The notes: generated from the sequence alone by a model not told the origin. A stretch of 63,714 nt of DNA from Gammaproteobacteria bacterium (GCA_041745895.1 JBGTIC010000046.1:1-63714); one strand, 5' to 3'. Counted from the first letter of the stretch, positions 10,328 to 19,222 are shown. Translations and numbers: made by a program.

Positions 10328-11425
10328 CTAGCGTGTGCCGTAGTCCAGAGAGTCCACCGGGAACATCGGCATGGCCAGCGGATGGTGCCGCGACGGCTCG
10401 TGGGCGAGTACCTGTCGGAGCGTCGCGGTATCGATGTTGCCGCCCGTGAGGACCACGCCGACGCGCTGGCCGCGCAACTCCTCAGCAAGCTTGCAGGCCG
10501 CGGCAAGCGCGGCCGCACCGCCACCCTCGGCCAGCTGATGCACCGTTTCCAGATACAGCCGGATGGCCGATTCGATCTCGGCTTCGGTCACCGTGATGAA
10601 GTCGTCGACAAGCGCGCGCAGCACCGACAGCGTATAGCTCACCGGTACCCGGGTTGCCAGCCCGTCGGCGATCGTCGGCGCTGCAGCGAAAGCACGGTTC
10701 TCGCCGCTGTGCCAGGCGTGGTGGAAAGCTGGCGCATTCTCTGCCTGGACAGCAATGATCCGCGTCGCAGGGCTGAGTTTGCGGACCACGATGGCGGTAG
10801 CTGCAGCCAGGCTGCCGCCACCCACCGGGACGATGATCGCGGAAAACGGCCGGGACACCTGGCGGACCATTTCCAGGACTACCGTGCCCTGACCGGCGAC
10901 GATGGCCTGGTGTCGTGCCGGATGCACGCACAGTTGATTATGCGCGCGCGCGTGGCGGGCCGCCGCATCCCAGGCGGCATCGAAGTCATGGCCCTGCTCG
11001 ATGAGTTGCACGCCGGTGGCGCGCATCGCGGCATTCTTTCCGGGATTGTTGCCCACGGGTACGAAGATGGTGCACTTCGTGCCGTACAGGGCCGCGGCGC
11101 GCGCCAGGGACTGACCGAAGTTGCCGCGGGTCGCCGTGACCAGTCCGCGTTCGCGAATGTCAGGAGAAAGTCCGGCAAGAAAATTGAGCGTGCCGCGAAT
11201 CTTGAAGGAGCCGACCGGCTGGGCGTTCTCCAGCTTGACCCACAGGTCACATCCGGCGCGTTCGTTGAGCAGCGGATGACGAATGAGCGGCGTCGGGGTG
11301 AGCCACGCCGCGATGACGTCAGCGGCCGCCTCGACGTCGGCGAATGTCGGTTCGGGTTCGCCGTGCCGTGGTTCCGAGCCCCAATCCGTGGCGGCAAGCT
11401 CGGCGGGCAGGTCTGCATCAATCAT
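10328..11425 (-). CDS. ilvA: threonine ammonia-lyase (threonine dehydratase), catalytic domain only
   Basis: 365-aa ORF of the PLP fold-type II family (VKLENAQPVGSFKIRGTLN with the PLP lysine, GNFGQSLA, PVGGGSL). No C-terminal ACT-like regulatory domain is present. It is the first gene of the leader-controlled operon. Confidence 0.85.
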   Translation of the reverse strand: MIDADLPAELAATDWGSEPRHGEPEPTFADVEAAADVIAAWLTPTPLIRHPLLNERAGCDLWVKLENAQPVGSFKIRGTLNFLAGLSPDIRERGLVTATRGNFGQSLARAAALYGTKCTIFVPVGNNPGKNAAMRATGVQLIEQGHDFDAAWDAAARHARAHNQLCVHPARHQAIVAGQGTVVLEMVRQVSRPFSAIIVPVGGGSLAAATAIVVRKLSPATRIIAVQAENAPAFHHAWHSGENRAFAAAPTIADGLATRVPVSYTLSVLRALVDDFITVTEAEIESAIRLYLETVHQLAEGGGAAALAAACKLAEELRGQRVGVVLTGGNIDTATLRQVLAHEPSRHHPLAMPMFPVDSLDYGTR

Positions 11426-11458
11426 GACTCACCTCAAGATCAGGTGCCCATGCACCAT

Positions 11459-11490
11459 AAAAAAACCCCGCATCGGAAGCCGGTGCGGGG
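11459..11490 (-). terminator. rho-independent attenuator terminator of the ilvA-leu operon leader
   Basis: The minus strand reads CCCCGCACCGGCTTCCGATGCGGGG followed by TTTTTTT. It lies 33 nt upstream of the ilvA ATG and 25 nt downstream of the leader peptide stop. Confidence 0.8.
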
Positions 11491-11515
11491 TCTGTGTTCA
11501 CGTCCAGGGTTTTGC

Positions 11516-11626
11516 TCAGCCGGACAGCCCGCACCTCTTGGATCCAAGAAGGAGAAGAAGTACGTGCAGGAACCGACCGTGCGGCACGACCGTATCGGGT
11601 CCGGCATTGTGAAACGCGCTGATCAT
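11516..11626 (-). CDS. leucine-rich leader peptide (36 aa) of the ilvA-leuA-ilvE-leuCDB operon
   Basis: The minus-strand ATG at 11626 gives MISAFHNAGPDTVVPHGRFLHVLLLLLGSKRCGLSG*. The run CTG CAC GTA CTT CTT CTC CTT CTT uses CTT/CTC Leu codons, which look uncommon in this GC-rich DNA. Alternative 1:2, 2:3 and 3:4 pairings can be drawn. Confidence 0.65.
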   Translation of the reverse strand: MISAFHNAGPDTVVPHGRFLHVLLLLLGSKRCGLSG

Positions 11627-11636
11627 TGGGCGATAG

Positions 11637-11650
11637 TGTTGTATACAACA
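11637..11650. promoter_or_regulatory. perfect 14-bp palindrome TGTTGTATACAACA (window-wide TGTATACA motif, site G)
   Basis: Read directly from the sequence. It lies 11 nt upstream of the leader-peptide ATG, inside the spacer of a possible promoter (TTGACA at 11661-11656, CACTAT at 11638-11633, minus strand). Confidence 0.5.
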
Positions 11651-11681
11651 GGCGATGTCAACCGCTTTGTCTTCCGCGGGT

Positions 11682-12398
11682 TCATACCATGGTTTCCATT
11701 GAATCGAGTTGCAGATGCGGCCGCAGATTGAAGGCCACAAGCGATCGTCGCGTTTTCGAGAAGCGAACCTCCGCGATCGCGGCGTTGCCGAAAGTCAGGC
11801 TCAGATCGAAGATGCGCTCGTCGGCAAGATCGAGCAGTTCACCGAGAATCATGCAGATCAGACCACCCGAGGAGAAGGCCAGGCGAGTCTCACCGCCGGC
11901 AGCCGACTGTGTCATCAGCGCCAGCGCCTGGGCGGCACGTGCGCGCGCTGCCGACCATGGTTCATGGCCCAGCGCCTGAAACTCGCCCGAAATCCAGCGT
12001 CGCGTCACCACTTCCCAGCGCTTGAAATAGTCACGTACCTGGGCGCGACGCTGCGCGGCATCCGTGGCCGCCACGATGTTCAGCCCGCCATTGCCTGAAG
12101 CCTCCTCGAGCGCCAGCACGCTTTTCATCACCGCAGGCGCCTCGTGTTCTGCAAGCTCGCCGAGCAGCTCGTGCGCCGGCCACGCGCCTGCGGTGGCACG
12201 ATAGCGCTCGGCCGCAGCATCCGCAGTCTGCTGGTGACGGCGCAGAGGTCCGACGTACACCCGGTCCACTCGAGGCGCGACGCGGGCCAGGTATTCGCCG
12301 AGCCGTTGCGACTGCGCCTGACCCTGCGGGGACAGCCTGTCGTAGTCGTCGCCAAAAAACGAAGCCTGGCCATGGCGGATCAGCAGCAGCGTGCTCAC
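11682..12398 (-). CDS. histidine phosphatase (phosphoglycerate mutase-like) family protein
   Basis: 238-aa ORF. The N-terminal LLLIRHGQASF carries the RHG catalytic motif. Confidence 0.75.
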   Translation of the reverse strand: MSTLLLIRHGQASFFGDDYDRLSPQGQAQSQRLGEYLARVAPRVDRVYVGPLRRHQQTADAAAERYRATAGAWPAHELLGELAEHEAPAVMKSVLALEEASGNGGLNIVAATDAAQRRAQVRDYFKRWEVVTRRWISGEFQALGHEPWSAARARAAQALALMTQSAAGGETRLAFSSGGLICMILGELLDLADERIFDLSLTFGNAAIAEVRFSKTRRSLVAFNLRPHLQLDSMETMV

Positions 12399-13363
12399 CG
12401 CGTCACCACCACCTTGCCCATGGCGCCCCGCGCCGCCAGCAGCGCCAGGGCACTGGCTGCGTCGGCAAAGTCGAAGCGGGCACCGATGTGAACCTTCAGG
12501 GTGCCGGCGCTGTACATCTCCAGCAGCTCACGGTGATTGGCCTGTGCCGTGGCGGGCTCCCGGACAGTGAAGTTGCCCCAGAAGACACCCACGATGCTGA
12601 TGCCCTTGAGCAGCGGCAGGTTCATCGGTACGCGCGGAATCTCTCCGGAGGCAAAGCCGATCACCAGCACCCGGCCGCCCCAGGCCGTCGCGCGTAATGC
12701 CTGCTCGAACAGATCTCCCCCTACCGGGTCATAAACGACGTCCACGCCTCGCTTCCGCGTCAGCGCATCGAGCTGTCCGCGAAGGTCCTCGTAGCCGATC
12801 GCCTCGTGCGCACCATGGGCCAGGGCAAGGGCGCGTTTTTCCTGGCTGCTGGCAACGGCGATGACGCGCGCGCCCACCGCGCGTCCCAGTTCCACGGCGG
12901 CCAGACCCACGCCGCCCGCGGCACCGAGAACGAGCAACGTTTCACCTGCCTGAAGCCGGGCGCGCTGCTTGAGTGCGTGCCAGGAAGTACCATAGGTCAG
13001 GATGAAGGCCGCGGCTTCCTCGAACGGCATGGCTTCGGGAATCGGCAGTACCTGAGACGCCGGCACCACCACCTGCTCAGCCAGTCCGCCATGCCCGCAG
13101 AACGCAAGTACCCGCTGGCCCTGCGTCAACCCGGTCACATCCGGACCTGTGCGAACCACCACGCCACCGACTTCAGCGCCAGGCGCGAATGGCAGCGGGG
13201 GCTGCGACTGGTACTTCCCCGCGACCATCAGCACGTCGGGGAAGTTGATGCCGCAGGCCCGCATCTCGATCACCACGTCGCCGGCGCCGGGAATAGGCTC
13301 GGGAAGTTCTCCTGCCTCCAGCACCTCGGGCGTGCCGTGGGTCGTGCATATCATCGCTCGCAT
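12395..13363 (-). CDS. NADPH:quinone oxidoreductase / zinc-type alcohol dehydrogenase-like (MDR) protein
   Basis: 322-aa ORF with MRACGINFPDVLMVAGKYQ and LVLGAAGGVGLAAVELGRAVGARVIAVAS (Rossmann fold), typical of the Qor subfamily. Confidence 0.8.
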   Translation of the reverse strand: MRAMICTTHGTPEVLEAGELPEPIPGAGDVVIEMRACGINFPDVLMVAGKYQSQPPLPFAPGAEVGGVVVRTGPDVTGLTQGQRVLAFCGHGGLAEQVVVPASQVLPIPEAMPFEEAAAFILTYGTSWHALKQRARLQAGETLLVLGAAGGVGLAAVELGRAVGARVIAVASSQEKRALALAHGAHEAIGYEDLRGQLDALTRKRGVDVVYDPVGGDLFEQALRATAWGGRVLVIGFASGEIPRVPMNLPLLKGISIVGVFWGNFTVREPATAQANHRELLEMYSAGTLKVHIGARFDFADAASALALLAARGAMGKVVVTR

Positions 13364-13385
13364 TTACCTGTTCCCCGGATGTGTG

Positions 13386-14156
13386 TCAGATGCTTTCGCG
13401 AATCACCAGCCCGCCGTCGGCCACAACGCTCTGGCCCGTCACATAGCGCCCGGCATCCGAGGCCAGGAAGACAGCGATGCCAGCGATGTCGTCAGGGTCA
13501 CCAAGTCGTCCCAGCGGAATTGCCCGCTCCATGCGCATGCGCTGCCGCTCATCCTCCCACAGTGCCCGGGCGAAGTCGGTGCGCACCAGTCCAGGGGCGA
13601 TGCAGTTCGCACGGATGTTGGCCTGGCCCCATTCAACCGCCAGGTTGCGCGCCAGCTGAAAATCCGCCGCCTTGGAGATCGCATAGGTGCCGATCAACCG
13701 CGTTCCGGTCAGCCCCACGACGCTGGACACGATGATGATGCTGCCATCGCGTCGCTGCGCCATCTGCGGCAGTACCTGGTGGGCCAGGTGCATGTTGGCC
13801 CGCACGTTGACACTCATGATCTTGTCGAAGGCCGCGTCGTCGACCTCGCGCATGGACCCGTAGACCGGATTGGCCGCGGCATTGCAGACAAGGGTATCGA
13901 TGCGGCCCCAGGCTTTGAGCGTCTGCTCGATGAGCTGCTCGCGTTCGTCGGTGCGACCGACGTTGCAGGGGATCACCATCGCCTCACCACCCGCATCCAG
14001 GATGCCGCGGGCCACCGGTTCGCAACTGGCCTGACTTCGGCTCGAGATGACGACACGCGCGCCATGGGCCGCGAGTTGCTCTGCGATTGCCCGGCCGATG
14101 CCGCGGCTCGATCCGGTGACCACGGCCACCTTGCCACCCAGGTCGAATAGGCCCAT
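13386..14156 (-). CDS. SDR family oxidoreductase
   Basis: 256-aa ORF with VAVVTGSSRGIGRAIA (TGxxxGIG), NAA and YAISKAA (YxxxK). Confidence 0.85.
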   Translation of the reverse strand: MGLFDLGGKVAVVTGSSRGIGRAIAEQLAAHGARVVISSRSQASCEPVARGILDAGGEAMVIPCNVGRTDEREQLIEQTLKAWGRIDTLVCNAAANPVYGSMREVDDAAFDKIMSVNVRANMHLAHQVLPQMAQRRDGSIIIVSSVVGLTGTRLIGTYAISKAADFQLARNLAVEWGQANIRANCIAPGLVRTDFARALWEDERQRMRMERAIPLGRLGDPDDIAGIAVFLASDAGRYVTGQSVVADGGLVIRESI

Positions 14157-14257
14157 GTTCGCTCCTCGAAATCGCCTTGTCCGTGAGACCGGGAGTCTAA
14201 CTCCTGCATGCTATAGTCCGCGCGTTCCGGAAAACGATCCACGCGAGGGCAGGGCGA

Positions 14258-15481
14258 ATGGATTTCGAGTACAGCGCCAAGGTGCGCGAATTGAGGCAGC
14301 GTGTGCAGCAATTCATGCTCGAGGAGGTGTATCCGGCCGAATCCGTGTATGCCGCCGAACTGGCAGCCGCCGAAAGTCGCTGGAGCATTCCGCCAGTCAT
14401 GGAGATGTTGAAGGCGCGGGCCCGCAAGGCGGGCCTGTGGAACCTCTTCCTGCCCGAGAGCGAGCATGGGGCGGGCCTCAAGAATCTCGAATATGCGCCT
14501 GTGTGTGAAATCATGGGCGCATCGCCGATTGCGCCCGAGGTCTTCAACTGCGCCGCGCCCGACACGGGCAACATGGAAGTGCTCGTGCGCTACGGCACCG
14601 AGCAGCAAAAAAGCCAGTGGCTGACACCTTTGCTCGAAGGCAGAATCCGCTCGGCGTTCGCGATGACTGAGCCTGCCGTGGCCTCTTCGGACGCCACCAA
14701 CATCGAAGCCGAAATACGCCGGGACGGCCCGCACTATGTGCTGAACGGTCGCAAGTGGTGGACTTCCGGTGCCCTGGATCCGCGCTGCGAAATCATGATC
14801 TTCATGGGTCGCAGTAATCCCGAGGCCGAGCGCCATGCCCAGCAGTCCATGATTCTCGTGCCGATGGACACCCCTGGCGTCAGCGTCGAGCGGGCGTTGA
14901 CGGTTTTCGGTTATGACGATGCGCCCCATGGCCACGCGGAAGTCAGCTTTAAAGACGTGCGGGTGCCTGCAGGCAACATGCTGCTCGGCGAAGGTAGAGG
15001 GTTCGAGATCGCCCAGGGCCGGCTGGGCCCTGGACGGATTCACCACTGCATGCGGTTGATCGGTCTGGCCGAGCGGGCACTGGAGCTGATGCTCGCGCGT
15101 GTGGAGAGTCGCGTCGCCTTCGGCAAACCTCTGTCGCGCCATGGCGTCACGGTAGAGAAGATCGCGGAATGCCGCATCGAGATCGAGCAGGCGCGCTTGT
15201 TGACGCTCAAGGCCGCCGACATGATGGACAGGCACGGAAATCGGATTGCCCGAGGCGAGATCGCGATGATCAAGGTCGTCGCACCCCGTATGGCGCTTGC
15301 GGTGATCGACCGCGCCATTCAGGCGCACGGCGGGGGCGGTGTTGGGCAGGATTTCCCACTGGCGTATTTCTGGGCGCAGGCGCGCAGTCTGCGGCTCGCC
15401 GATGGGCCGGACGAGGTTCATCTGCGTACGATCGGCCGCCACGAGCTGTCGCGTCGGCGTGCCGTCGAGGTCAGCAGCTAA
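14258..15481 (+). CDS. acyl-CoA dehydrogenase family protein
   Basis: 407-aa ORF with [27 protein letters not shown] and C-terminal [15 protein letters not shown]. It resembles ACAD10/11 / FadE-type enzymes. Confidence 0.85.
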   Translation: MDFEYSAKVRELRQRVQQFMLEEVYPAESVYAAELAAAESRWSIPPVMEMLKARARKAGLWNLFLPESEHGAGLKNLEYAPVCEIMGASPIAPEVFNCAAPDTGNMEVLVRYGTEQQKSQWLTPLLEGRIRSAFAMTEPAVASSDATNIEAEIRRDGPHYVLNGRKWWTSGALDPRCEIMIFMGRSNPEAERHAQQSMILVPMDTPGVSVERALTVFGYDDAPHGHAEVSFKDVRVPAGNMLLGEGRGFEIAQGRLGPGRIHHCMRLIGLAERALELMLARVESRVAFGKPLSRHGVTVEKIAECRIEIEQARLLTLKAADMMDRHGNRIARGEIAMIKVVAPRMALAVIDRAIQAHGGGGVGQDFPLAYFWAQARSLRLADGPDEVHLRTIGRHELSRRRAVEVSS

Positions 15482-15566
15482 GCAAGCTCCGGGCCGATCA
15501 TGTGGCCTGTCAATGGCCTGGAACGTCGGAACGAATCGGCCGCGGGGCTTGTTATCATGGGACTGA

Positions 15567-15578
15567 AATTGTATACAG
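15567..15578. promoter_or_regulatory. AATTGTATACAG, copy of the TGTATACA palindrome (site F)
   Basis: Read directly from the sequence. It lies in the 551-bp non-coding gap between the acyl-CoA dehydrogenase gene and the TonB2-type cluster. Confidence 0.35.
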
Positions 15579-16032
15579 ATGGGCTGGAAGACCGGCATTC
15601 GTTGTGCACTGCCGGATCTGCGGGGAAGACTCAGGGAAGAGGGGGGGCGCAAGGTCCGGCGCCAGCACGGGCGATCACTTTGGTCACCTCGGCGCTGGGG
15701 GGGTCGGCACAAATTTTTTGCCAGTTCTAAACAGATTTCGGGCATGCTTGGCGCGTGTCGACCTGAAGGCGTGTTTGCTGCTGAATACTGATGTGCGTAC
15801 GCCCCTGAACTTTCCGGTGTCAGTCAATCCGGGATTGACTTGGTCTCACGGAACCGATGTAGTAAATGGACGCTGACCGGACAGATGGTTACGCGGGTCG
15901 AAGGCAGGGAAGCTCAGGTCGTCCTGGATGGGAGTTCCCACGTCCTGTGCAAAAATAAATGCCTCAATATGTTTCATTCTTATACCTAGACTTTTTGCAG
16001 CTAAAACGAGATGACCGGACCGAGGAGAGTCA

Positions 16033-16809
16033 ATGAAACCCAAGCGTAGGAGTGTGCTCGCTGCCGTCTGCGCTGGCGCGGCGGGAACCCTGCTGGTTAC
16101 TGTTGCGTCCGCACAGAATCTTGAACAGGTGCTCAACCAGGGCGAGCGTAGGATTACGCTGGCTCAGGAATCGCAGCAGCGGGTTGACACCATCGTCAAT
16201 CAGACCCGCAGCCTGACCGACCAGTACCGCCAGATCTCACGCGAGATCGAAGGCCTTACGGTCTACAACACGCTCCTGGAGCGGCAGATCCAGCGTCAGC
16301 AGGAGCAGATGGTCCAGATCACGAGCTCCATTGAACAGGTCACGGTCATTCAGCGCCAGATCGTGCCGCTGATGGAACGCATGATCGCAGGGCTTGACCA
16401 GTTCGTATCCCTCGATGTGCCCTTTCTCGCTGAGGAGCGTCGCGAGCGCGTCGACAACCTGCAAAGCATTCTCGATCGCCAGGATGTCAGCGTCGCGGAG
16501 AAATTCCGGCGCGTGATGGAGTCCTACCAGATCGAGAACGAATACGGTCGCACGATCGAGTATTACAAGGGCTCGCTGGAAGTCGACGGTGTCGAGCGCG
16601 AGGTGGACTTCCTTCGGGTCGGTCGCATCGCCCTGGTCTACCAGACCAGCGATGGCCAGACCCAGGGGGTATGGGATCAGCGGGCCGGACAGTGGGTGTC
16701 GCTGGGCAGCGAGTACCGCAACCGCATCCGCCAGGGCCTGCGCGTAGCGCGTCGTCAGATCGCGCCTGAACTGATGATGATGCCGATTCCCGCTCCGGAG
16801 GACATCTGA
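16033..16809 (+). CDS. DUF3450-type periplasmic coiled-coil protein (TtpB-like), first gene of TonB2-type cluster
   Basis: 258-aa ORF with signal peptide MKPKRRSVLAAVCAGAAGTLLVTVASA and a Q/E/R-rich coiled coil. Its position before the MotA/TolQ/ExbB genes matches Vibrio TonB2 systems. Confidence 0.7.
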   Translation: MKPKRRSVLAAVCAGAAGTLLVTVASAQNLEQVLNQGERRITLAQESQQRVDTIVNQTRSLTDQYRQISREIEGLTVYNTLLERQIQRQQEQMVQITSSIEQVTVIQRQIVPLMERMIAGLDQFVSLDVPFLAEERRERVDNLQSILDRQDVSVAEKFRRVMESYQIENEYGRTIEYYKGSLEVDGVEREVDFLRVGRIALVYQTSDGQTQGVWDQRAGQWVSLGSEYRNRIRQGLRVARRQIAPELMMMPIPAPEDI

Positions 16810-16811
16810 CC

Positions 16812-18200
16812 ATGAAGCTGAAACTTTTCATGGCGGCGATGGCCGCCGTATTCATGATCGGCACCATGCTGCCGACGCAGGCCCAAGCTCAGGCCCGCAG
16901 CCTCGACGAACTCCTGCGTCTGGTCGAGCAGGGCCGTGCGCGGGATTCCGAAGAAGCCCGTCAGCGCGAGCGGGAGTTTGAAGCCCAACGCGGCGAGCAG
17001 GATCGCCTGCTGCGCGAGGCGCGCGCCAATCAGCAGCGCGAGGAGCGTCGCAGCGAGACGCTGGAAGGCAACTTTGGCGTCAACGAGCAGGAGATTGCCC
17101 GTCTCAACGTGGCCCTGAACGAAAGTCTCGGTGAGCTGCGCGAGCTGTTTGGTGTTGTGCAGCTGATCGCCGGCGACGCCGCCAGTCAGTTTGACAACTC
17201 GCTGACTGCCATCCAGTACCCCGAGCGTCGGGATTTCCTGCTGGGGCTTGCCGAGCGGATGGGTCAGACCGCCCGCATTGCCTCGGTGGAGGAAATCGAG
17301 CGCCTGTGGTTCGAATTGCAGCGCGAAGCCACCGAGCTGGGCAAGGTGGCACGCATGCCGGTCGAAGTGGTTTCCGCCGACGGCAATCGCGAGACCCGTG
17401 ATGTGGTTCGTGTGGGCGCATTCAACCTTGTGTCCGATGGCAAATATCTGTCTTATGAGCCCTCGACGCGCAGCGTCAGCGAACTGGTGCGTCAGCCTGG
17501 TCAGCGCCGCTTCATCGGCAGCACCTCCGGACTGGTCGGTGCCAGCGAAGGTTTCACCGCGTTCGGACTGGACCCGACCCGCGGCCAGATCCTCTCGCTG
17601 CTGATCGAGCAGCCGACCCTGCGTGAACGCGTGCAGCAGGGTGCCGAGATCGGCTACCTGATCATTGCGCTGGGCATTCTGGGTCTGCTTCTTGCCATAG
17701 AGCGTCTCATCACGCTGGGCCTGATCAGCAGCAAGGTCACCCGCCAGCTCAAGAGCGAAGAGCCTCGTGACGACAACCCGCTGGGTCGTGTGCTCAAGGT
17801 GTACCACAACAACAAGAAGGTGGACACCGAGACGCTCGAACTCAAGCTCAGTGAGGCCATTATCAAGGAGACTCCGCGACTGCAGAGGTTTCTGCTGTTC
17901 CTGAAGATCATCTCTGTGGTGGCACCGCTGATGGGTCTGCTCGGTACCGTCACCGGTATGATCCAGACCTTCCAGGCGATCACGCTGTTCGGTACCGGCG
18001 ACCCCACGTTGATGGCCGGTGGTATCTCGCAGGCGCTGGTCACCACGGTGCTGGGTCTGGTCGTGGCGATTCCCATCGTCCTGCTCCATACGATCGTCAG
18101 CGGCCGCAGCAAGCGCATCATTCATGTGCTCAACGAGCAGAGCGCCGGTATCGTCGCCGAACACTCGGAGCGCGCGCACAACAGGGGGGCGGTGGCCTGA
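16812..18200 (+). CDS. large MotA/TolQ/ExbB proton-channel family protein (TtpC-like)
   Basis: 462-aa ORF with a signal peptide, a long periplasmic coiled-coil region and a C-terminal channel domain (APLMGLLGTVTGMIQTF...GGISQALVTTVLGL). Confidence 0.8.
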   Translation: MKLKLFMAAMAAVFMIGTMLPTQAQAQARSLDELLRLVEQGRARDSEEARQREREFEAQRGEQDRLLREARANQQREERRSETLEGNFGVNEQEIARLNVALNESLGELRELFGVVQLIAGDAASQFDNSLTAIQYPERRDFLLGLAERMGQTARIASVEEIERLWFELQREATELGKVARMPVEVVSADGNRETRDVVRVGAFNLVSDGKYLSYEPSTRSVSELVRQPGQRRFIGSTSGLVGASEGFTAFGLDPTRGQILSLLIEQPTLRERVQQGAEIGYLIIALGILGLLLAIERLITLGLISSKVTRQLKSEEPRDDNPLGRVLKVYHNNKKVDTETLELKLSEAIIKETPRLQRFLLFLKIISVVAPLMGLLGTVTGMIQTFQAITLFGTGDPTLMAGGISQALVTTVLGLVVAIPIVLLHTIVSGRSKRIIHVLNEQSAGIVAEHSERAHNRGAVA

Positions 18201-18239
18201 GGCCGCCGCTTTCCTTCTTTGATCTTCAAGAGGTAGTCC

Positions 18240-18767
18240 ATGCAACTACTGATTGATCTGTACGAGCCGATTCGGGACTTCCTGGAACTGGGAGGGAACG
18301 TCCTGGTCGTAATAGCGTGGACGATTTTCTTCATGTGGGTGTTGATCCTGGAGCGGTTCCTGTTTTTCCGCACTCGGCTCAAGGAACTCTCCCAAGAGGT
18401 CTTCCGCAAGTGGGAGGCGCGCCCGGAGCGTCGTTCCTGGGAAGCGCACAACATCCGTGAGGCTATGGTCTCGGAGGTCAGGATGGCGGCCAACGCCGGT
18501 CTGCCCATGATCAAGACGCTTGTGGCGGTATGTCCGTTGCTCGGCCTGCTTGGCACGGTGACCGGCATGATCGAGGTGTTCGATGTCATGGCCGTCACCG
18601 GGACGGGCAACGCCAGAGCCATGGCGGCAGGTGTGTCGAAGGCCACGGTGCCGACGATGGCCGGCATGGTCGGGGCATTGTCAGGCGTGTTGTTTGCGAC
18701 CGTATTGTCCAACCGCGCGAATCGCGAGATTGCATTGCTCGAAGACGAGCTCACGATGGATCACTGA
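18240..18767 (+). CDS. exbB: ExbB (MotA/TolQ/ExbB proton channel) protein
   Basis: 175-aa ORF with CPLLGLLGTVTGMIEVF...AAGVSKATVPTMAGMV. Confidence 0.85.
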   Translation: MQLLIDLYEPIRDFLELGGNVLVVIAWTIFFMWVLILERFLFFRTRLKELSQEVFRKWEARPERRSWEAHNIREAMVSEVRMAANAGLPMIKTLVAVCPLLGLLGTVTGMIEVFDVMAVTGTGNARAMAAGVSKATVPTMAGMVGALSGVLFATVLSNRANREIALLEDELTMDH

Positions 18768-18778
18768 GGCTAACAATC

Positions 18779-19189
18779 ATGCGTAGAGGTTTCGCTGGTA
18801 CGGCAAGCGAGGAAGAGGAAAACGAAATCAACATCACGCCGATGCTCGACGTGGTGTTCATCATGTTGATCTTTTTCATCGTCACCGCCTCGTTCGTCAA
18901 GGAAGCCGGCATCGACGTCAATCGTCCCGACGCCGACACTGCGGTTCGCCAGGAGCGCGCCAACATCCTGATCGCGATCTCGGAGACCAATGAGATCTGG
19001 ATCGATCGTCGCCAGGTGGATCCACGCGCCCTGCGGGCCAACATCGAGCGCCTGCACGCGGAGAACCCCGAGGGTTCCGTGGTCATCCAGGCCGACAAGG
19101 CTTCCGTGACTGAAACGCTGATTACGGTCATGGATGCCGCGCGTCAGGCCGGTGTCTACAACGTGTCGATTGCGGCCGACGAGACCTGA
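18779..19189 (+). CDS. exbD: ExbD/TolR biopolymer transport protein
   Basis: ORF 18530..19189 trimmed to MRRGFAGTASEEEENEINITPMLDVVFIMLIFFIV.... A single TM segment plus a periplasmic domain. Confidence 0.85.
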   Translation: MRRGFAGTASEEEENEINITPMLDVVFIMLIFFIVTASFVKEAGIDVNRPDADTAVRQERANILIAISETNEIWIDRRQVDPRALRANIERLHAENPEGSVVIQADKASVTETLITVMDAARQAGVYNVSIAADET

Positions 19190-19222
19190 TGCTGCACTAC
19201 TCCCACCAGGAGGGCTTGAGTC

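Noticed and set aside
15620-15690. Cobalamin-riboswitch-like AGGGAA / G-rich segment
   Set aside because: It lacks the conserved GGTG..AA..CC and B12-box (GCCACTG-like) elements in the right order, and no B12-related gene is downstream.
13973-15745. 590-aa ORF on the minus strand, antisense to the acyl-CoA dehydrogenase gene
   Set aside because: It lies entirely opposite a gene with clear family motifs. Its translation is Arg/Ala/Gly/His-rich low-complexity sequence with no recognisable motifs. Such long antisense ORFs are expected in GC-rich DNA because stop codons are rare.
15846-15977. 43-aa minus-strand ORF MKHIEAFIFAQDVGTPIQDDLSFPAFDPRNHLSGQRPFTTSVP in the long intergenic region
   Set aside because: It has no clear SD, its third-position GC is much lower than in neighbouring genes, and I recognise no family. 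I kept it only as a possibility within the long-intergenic finding.
15961-15995. Possible Fur box in the AT-rich stretch upstream of the TonB2-type cluster (AATATGTTTCATTCTTATA)
   Set aside because: My best manual alignment to GATAATGATAATCATTATC gave only about 10 of 19 matches, which is too weak to call.
16755-18245. 496-aa minus-strand ORF antisense to the TtpC-like gene
   Set aside because: The reasoning is the same: no motifs, biased composition, and the plus-strand gene has a convincing MotA/TolQ/ExbB domain and operon context.
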